Source: Octopus bimaculoides (taxonomy: Eukaryota). From it: 60,795 bases of DNA. Where the stretch lies: the NCBI RefSeq assembly GCF_001194135.2, contig NC_069002.1:8468143-8528937 (forward strand), read 5' to 3'. Numbering within the stretch: position 1 is the first letter of the stretch; each line of letters opens with the position of its first letter. The position numbers were made by a program, and so were the translations under genes. The notes under the pieces were generated by a model that saw only the letters and a list, made by a program, of their open reading frames with translations, was not told the origin of the DNA and did no database searches. Below, piece after piece: positions 53,557 through 60,795 of this stretch.

Positions 53557-53890
53557 ATATTACATACAAAAATAAGAGGAATGACCAGCAAAAGTGGACT
53601 CCTATATGCTAGAAATAAATGCCGAATCATCTAACCACGAAAAAAATATATGTTCTCAGTAAAAAATTAGCGACACAACAGACTGTAAAAGGGCAAGACG
53701 AATGAAAAAATACTAAATTAATCGTTTTTTTATTTAGTAGTTTTTTCATTTGTCTTGCTCTTTTACAGTCTGTTGCGTCGCTGAATTTTTACTGAGAACA
53801 TATTTTTCGTGGTTAGATGATTCGGCATCTATTTCTAGCATATAGGAGTCCACTTTTGCTGGTCATTCCTCTTATTTTTGTATGTAATAT
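53557..53890. mobile_element. Foldback/MITE-like hairpin element (~160-bp inverted arms, ~13-nt spacer)
   Basis: 53557-53718 is the near-perfect reverse complement of 53732-53890 (ATTACATACAAAAATAAGAGGAATGACCAGC... / ...GCTGGTCATTCCTCTTATTTTTGTATGTAAT). A diverged single-arm fragment lies at ~51853-51892. Confidence 0.9.
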
Positions 53891-54073
53891 AATTTTAATC
53901 TTCGGATTTTTTTAATATGCTAGACCACTGGTTTTAATTGATTAATANNNNNNNNNNNNNNNNNNNNNNNNNNNNNNNNNNNNNNNNNNNNNNNNNNNNN
54001 NNNNNNNNNNNNNNNNNNNNNNNNNNNNNNNNNNNNNNNNNNNNNNNNNNNNNNNNNNNNNNNNNNNNNNNNN

Positions 54074-54109
<36 letters not shown>

Positions 54110-54113
<4 letters not shown>

Positions 54114-54230
54114 GACGTGCTTCTTTCAGGTCGAGGCTAAAGTAGAAGATACATGCCAAAGGGGAGCCACGGATTTGAACTGAACCCGAAACCATGTAGC
54201 CGGGAAGCAAACTTCTAACCACGCCTCCAC
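54110..54230 (-). mobile_element. SINE family B 5' half with internal deletion
   Basis: CGACGTGCTTCTTTCAG...GTAGAAGATACATGCC...CTGAACCCGAAACCATGT...AAGCAAACTTCTAACCAC. Confidence 0.7.
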
Positions 54231-55152
54231 TACTCCTAGTTGCCTCTTCTAGTTAGTATAATTTCTTTTTACTATATTTCTGTATTACTATCATACATAG
54301 TTTCTTTAGTCTCCATTAGCTTATCTAATTAGTTTCCACTTACTCAGTTGTGTAATTTTAGCTTTAATATATCCAAGTTTCTATTTTCGGTTCCTATTTT
54401 CCTTGGTACGTTGCAGTCGACTGCATTTTCACTATTAGACTATTGCGTCCTGGGTGGATTGAATTCTATTAGCAATTCAGCATTCCCAAATAGAGATGAT
54501 AATAATAACTATAATTACTGTATATCTCTAATCAATGAATTAATTAGCTGTAACTACTTTCTCATTAATTAGTTATTCATATATGTACTGCAATTTACTC
54601 CTACATTATAGTAATAATTATTTCTACTGAAGGCACAACGCCTCAAATTTATGGGGAGGGGACGATCATATTCGATCCCATATATTTGGTTTGTTGCTGC
54701 CATTTACATATTACGAAATTTTAACCATAATATACCTTTATTCAGTCCCTCGAAAAAGTCTCCGGTATTTGAGGCAAATGCTCCATTGTAACATATCTTT
54801 TATCTTTCTCTGGTTTCCGGCCAAAGGTTGTGGCCATGCTAGTGCACCGCCTTCCATTGTGCTACAAACCATATTTCAAAACCGTTCCAAGCTATATTCT
54901 TACCTTCACTAAACGCCTGGCTGAGATAAACCGCACACTACACCAAATAATTCCTTTCATCATATATTTCTCTCTTATTTGCTCTTCATTAACACTTATC
55001 AGTTAAAACTATCTCCATATTGGATTGCTCTCAATAATATATATATAATGCATAATTTCCTATTCATATGAATATTTATGTGGATATGAGTCGAAAATAT
55101 ATATTACAGCGAATAATAATTAAAAAGCCATAAAAGTACACATAACACACAC

Positions 55153-55198
<46 letters not shown>

Positions 55199-56052
55199 TT
55201 TGTGTAGGCTGAAACGCATATGTAGAAACAACAATCTTATAATTGCATTACATGGAATAATAAACGGGTGTGGACAAAAAATTAGAGAATTGCTGTCACC
55301 CCCTTATACTTAAGGACTATCGTTTTTCTTTTTACACCGAGAAGTTCAAACCATACAAATACCTTAAACTTAGTAATATACATAGAAATACATAATATCC
55401 CATTATCATCTCTTAGATTCCCCACCTTATAATAAAGTAATTTAATCAGATTACCAAGTAACTAACACTTTCACATTATACATACAAATACAATGGTAGA
55501 TTTCTAACACAACATCTCTTTGGTATTCCTTAGTATCAGCCATAATATATATTATAGCATAGCAGAAAGATTAAATGTATAAATTGGAGAGATTTTTTAA
55601 TATGTCTTAGAATCTGAGAACGTAGCATAGCAAATATCTGGGAAACGTTTATATTCTCGGATGTATACACAGAAATTGAAAAAAAAAATCTCAGGCGTTG
55701 TAAAATCACTGTGCTGCAATGAATAAAAATATTTTTGTGATTGAATCGTAAAATTGAAATCTTCTGTAATGAAAGAAACTTAAAAACTTTTTTTTTTTTT
55801 TTCATAAAAGACTATTTTTAAATTGAAATTTATAAGAATTTCCTATGCGGTATAGTCTTTGATAATTAAAAGTAATAAATTCCTAACCAATTATTAAGTG
55901 CCTTTTTTGTTATTGAATAAATATATATCATTTATATGAGAGTGTGGTATCTTCAAATACCAGGGATTCGCACATTGCAGAAAAAGAAAGAAGTAATGGT
56001 TCATATTGAAACATGGAACCATCTCGCTGACGAATGTGTGTATGTATGTATG

Positions 56053-56090
<38 letters not shown>

Positions 56091-56137
56091 CATTACATAT
56101 ACATATATACATACTTACATATGTACGCATGTATGTA

Positions 56138-56168
<31 letters not shown>

Positions 56169-56930
56169 GCAGTGTACGTGAGTGTGTGTATAAATGTGTT
56201 TACATTGCCAGTGTCTGGACTATATTTCGGTCTTTGCCTGAGTGAGTCCATAGATGTATTTGTTCATTTTGTTTAGCGGGCGGGCGTAAGCGAGCGTTTG
56301 TACTTATTTATGTGTGGGTGTGTGTGTGTGTGTGTGTGCAGTCGCGCGCATGTATATACGTATGTGTGGGTGGATACTAGCTTGCGAGGGCGTCTACGTG
56401 TGTGTTTGCATGCCCGAGCGTCTATAAGTGAATGAACAATTGTTTATATGTCTACCTAGGTACATGTGAGTGTACGTGCGAGATATACGAGATGCCTCTA
56501 GATACTTCATCATCTTCATCATGAAAATCAACAGCCGCACCACCAACAACATCACCATTACCGCTACCACCACCAGTACCACCACCACCACCACCAACAC
56601 CTCAACATCATCGCCATTATTGTTTCTTTTATTTTGTTAACAGTTTATTTCATCTGTCGTCTGCACTCAGTCAGTTCCTTTTACGCTTCTCTGAACAGGA
56701 TATACAAATGCAAACTATTGAAAACACGTATTTATTGCTGCTATACTGCATGACACATCGAATGAGGGATAAAAACAGTGTCAGAACTAAACACTGCATT
56801 ACGCTATGGTGCTTTGCCTAGCAACAATATCACAACAAATTTGTAACGCAAAATAAAGGGAAGAAATATTTTACTTTATCGGTAGACAAAGCCACAATGA
56901 AACATGAATAATTTCTGTCTTTTACATCAG

Positions 56931-56996
56931 AAATATGGCTTCAACAACTAGGAAGGTGTCAAATGAAAATGTATTTACGCTAGAAGTGACTACAAG
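56931..56996 (+). CDS. Candidate 66-nt exon, possibly carrying a start codon (MASTTRKVSNENVFTLEVTT)
   Basis: Acceptor ATTTCTGTCTTTTACATCAG, donor AAG|GTAAAT, one open frame, ATG at 56935 in AATATGG context. No homology recognised. Confidence 0.25.
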
Positions 56997-57256
56997 GTAA
57001 ATAAAAATTAAATAAAACGTGGATATAAAGTATATAAAAATGATGAAAAAAGAAAAAAAACTCTTGCAACTAATCCGAAGGTTTACATCTCATGCTTTTA
57101 TGATTCGTTGGTTCCTTTTGTGTTCGATTTGCACAATATGTACGGGAGACTGTTTGCGGAACGAATCTTTTACGGAAAGTGCGCGATCAATAGAATGAAT
57201 AGCAGTATTGTATACCGTTCTATGCATACATACGAAGAAAGAAGAAGACATGCATG

Positions 57257-57297
<41 letters not shown>

Positions 57298-57479
57298 ATA
57301 TACGCATTTATATATTTCTATGTATATATATATATAAACACTACATACATACATACACATAATTACACTTTTTCACACATATTGTATATTTCGGCAACTA
57401 TATATCATATTGTGCGTGTGTATATATATACTCACATGTTTCTACCTAACTATCTATCTATCATCTCTCTTTCTCTCTG

Positions 57480-57486
57480 CATATAC

Positions 57487-57569
<83 letters not shown>

Positions 57570-58176
57570 TGTTTGCCCCCACCCCACCCCACCATCACCT
57601 GACAACCGGTGTTAGTGTATCTACGTCCCCGTAATCTAGCGGTTCGGTAAATGATTGAGAGCCCGACGCTCTAACCGCTGAGCCATGTACCTTCAGAATT
57701 GTGGCATTATATTACGATATAGTGTTGTTTCTATGGTTAGCTTTCTATTTTGGTGAGGAATTTTGTGAAGCACAAAACTATTCTTCTTTGGTAATTTCTA
57801 TCCAATTTTTAATTTGTGGACAATGATGTACTGCTTCGCAACAGCTCAATGTTGCAAGTGCATGTTGAGACGAAGCGTGTGTGTTGCTCTTGTTTGTCCA
57901 ATGTAACAGCTAGTGTCCTGAAGTTCGCAACATTCTGCTTTGCAGTAAAATCTATAGATCATATTTGTCATCCGAATCAGCATGAGGTCCTGCTCTTTTG
58001 TACTGAATAAAATCAGGATTCATACCGCTATTGTGTGTGTGTGTATGTATGTATGTATATATATACATACACACATACGTATACATATATATATATACTT
58101 ATATATGCATGTGTATATATATAAAGATTAAGAGAGAGAGACAGACAGACACAGATAGATTCAGACATGATTTTGC

Positions 58177-58210
<34 letters not shown>

Positions 58211-58438
58211 ATATTTATATATGAATATACAAACGTATCTAATATTCATACGTAAATATATATATACACATACATACGGGTATATATATGTATATGTACA
58301 TATACATAAACACAGATACGTGTATATATATGTATATATACATATATATAAATACATATGTACATATACACATACATACATGTATATATATGTATATATA
58401 TATATATATATATAAATACATATACACACATTTATATA

Positions 58439-58473
<35 letters not shown>

Positions 58474-58640
58474 AAATACATATACACACATTTATATATA
58501 TATATATATATATGTATATATGCATATATATATATAAATACATATATACATAGGCAGTCAATCATACAAACACTGGCATACACACACACACACGCACACA
58601 TTGTACGAAACAGGTACGTATGTATGTGTGTGTGTGTGTA
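57480..58640. repeat. Large (TA)n/(TACA)n/(TG)n compound microsatellite region
   Basis: Visible, with a unique ~430-nt interruption at ~57595-58025. Confidence 0.9.
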
Positions 58641-59159
58641 TATGTCTCGGATATATGTTATTCGCATTACGTGTAACAAAATTACTGCGTAGCTTTTTAA
58701 TTCAATATCAACCGATTTTTGGCAACGTGTAAAATAAGCTTATTTCCTTCTCACCGTAAATAAGTTTACCCCGGTACTTCTATGAAATACTTGGTTATTT
58801 CATTCAATAAGAATGTCCATCATCTGTAGACAAGGTATAATATAATAAACAACAGGGGTTAGACACTTTATTAACTATTTGAAGTCTGTGACACGTAAAC
58901 TAATTTACAGTACAATAGACAACAAAGATTAAAAAATGCTATTAGCTCACTGGTGCTAAAACCTAAACAAGAGAAAAGAGAAGCCGAAACTTCTGCTGTA
59001 CACTGCGTCATTTTAGTTTATTACAGTTGCCTGAATTTGAACAGCATTTTCAAATGGAGAGAAATTATTACCGAAGCGACGTACACAAAATTACTTCATA
59101 TTTTGAAAGCGGCAAGTTGGCATAAACCTTCAGCACGCGGGACAAAGAAAAACTTATTC

Positions 59160-59290
59160 GTCAACTGGTACTTATTTTATCGACCTCGAACGGATGGAGA
59201 GCAAAGTCGATCTCGGTGATATTTGAAATCAGAACGTAAAGACCGACGAAATGGCGCTAAACATTTTGCCCGGCGTGCTAACGATTCTGC
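59160..59290 (-). mobile_element. SINE family A 5' half
   Basis: CTGGTACTTATTTTATCGACC...AAAGTCGATCTCGG...CCCGGCGTGCTAACGATTCTGCC. Confidence 0.8.
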
Positions 59291-59624
59291 CATGTCGTAA
59301 AAATTTATCGAGTCAATTACTGATTTCACGTTTTGGACAGCAAATTTGGTTGATTCTGCGAGGGCGGACAGCAGCCTGTTGTGGGGGTTCTCACGGGGTG
59401 TCTTGTGGCACATTATAAGCTTTGATAATTGGTTAATTATCGTGGAAGACATTCAATACCCAAATTATCATTATTATCATTACTATTGTCATTATTATTA
59501 TTATTGTCATTATTATTATTATTATTATTATTCCGCGTAATGAGAGTTAAAGTTTGGTAGACTTCTTGTACAAACCTCACTCTTTCAGGCTCAATTAACG
59601 GGATATATATCTGCACACACACAT

Positions 59625-59703
<79 letters not shown>

Positions 59704-60539
59704 TATGGACACATGTACGTGTACGAACTATCTATCGATCTCTGCCTGTCTGACTTTCTCTCTATCTCCACACACACATGTATATTTGCGCCCGTGCGTG
59801 CGTGTGTGTTGTGTATGTATACATGCATATGTACCTATCTATATACATGCTCCAATACATATGTTCACATGCATGCTCACACAAAATATACACACACATA
59901 CATACATATGCATAATTGTGTGCGTCTGTGAGTTCGCGTCTCAGTGTAATATATATGTTTATCTACTAGTAAACAAATTCATTTCGTTCATTCGATATTA
60001 CTTGACTGACTTTATAAGCATTTCCAACATGTTGTAGACACTTCTTCGCCAACCTCCTTTCAACCTCTGCTCTTTTTATCTATTTCACAATATAAAAGCT
60101 TATTTATTTACATTGCTTGTTAAATCACAATGTATGCTGCTTCATTGATAACTCAATATAAATTGATAACAAGCTGATAACCCACAAGATCGTGTATACT
60201 TTCTGCTATTGGTAGTCGAGTCAAGTATTTGTATGAGCAGAACAAGTGGAGGATGTCGCCAAGAGCTAAAAATGTTTCAAATAAACAGGGAGAATTAGCA
60301 AGAATTAACATGTATATATCGACGTCAGTGTGAGACAGGAAACTGTAGTTGGCTGTATTTGCAATATTTTGTAATTATACACACTGTAGGTACTAATATA
60401 CATCAATAACTTGATTCTTCATGTCTGACGGTCATACAGATAATGTTCAGCTACGTTTTGAAAAGAATCGAAACAAACGAACACACTCAGAAACACATAA
60501 ACATACATACATGCACACACATATGTATCTGTGAGTATG

Positions 60540-60574
<35 letters not shown>

Positions 60575-60719
60575 ACACACAAATGTATATATCTACAAAC
60601 TCACACATACACACAAATATAAATATATACGCCTATATATACACATATACACACACACATATATACATATTACTTAGTCTGACAGATACATTGATTGATA
60701 GATACATATGTACATATAT

Positions 60720-60721
60720 AC

Positions 60722-60795
<74 letters not shown>
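60720..60795. repeat. (GATA)n microsatellite
   Basis: Perfect tetranucleotide run to the window end. Confidence 0.97.

Noticed and set aside
54993-55015. CTTATCAGTT.. similar to U2 snRNA (also ~51460)
   Set aside because: About a 10-nt match only; no branch-pairing region or Sm site in the correct context.
56000-56040. GAAAC...CTGACGA resembling a type II hammerhead
   Set aside because: Stem I is absent (one nucleotide between the putative cleavage site and the core) and there is a mismatch at 15.2/16.2.

Overview
AT-rich, repeat-dense eukaryotic genomic DNA with seven assembly gaps. The SINE families and (TA)n/(TG)n/(GATA)n microsatellite load strongly resemble an Octopus (coleoid cephalopod) draft assembly. 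No protein-coding gene can be confidently called: almost all listed ORFs are translations of simple repeats or SINEs. Recognisable content includes more than 30 tRNA-derived SINE copies or fragments from about three families, a decayed Tc1/mariner transposase, short CR1/L2-type and R4/Dong-type LINE remnants, a ~330-bp hairpin (foldback/MITE-like) element, and two long-range inverted duplications. The most notable signal is RNA-structural: three unrelated type I hammerhead ribozyme motifs. The first (+, 1490-1537) has a complete catalytic core, a long extended stem I and a possible loop-loop contact. The second (-, 38203-38265) has a complete core with 6-bp stem I. The third (-, ~6270-6372) has an intact core but a degenerate stem I. 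The first sits next to a ~0.9-kb non-coding repeat that recurs inverted at ~33.1-34.0 kb, suggesting a ribozyme-bearing (retrozyme/Penelope-like) mobile RNA family. All calls were made by eye; none was checked computationally.
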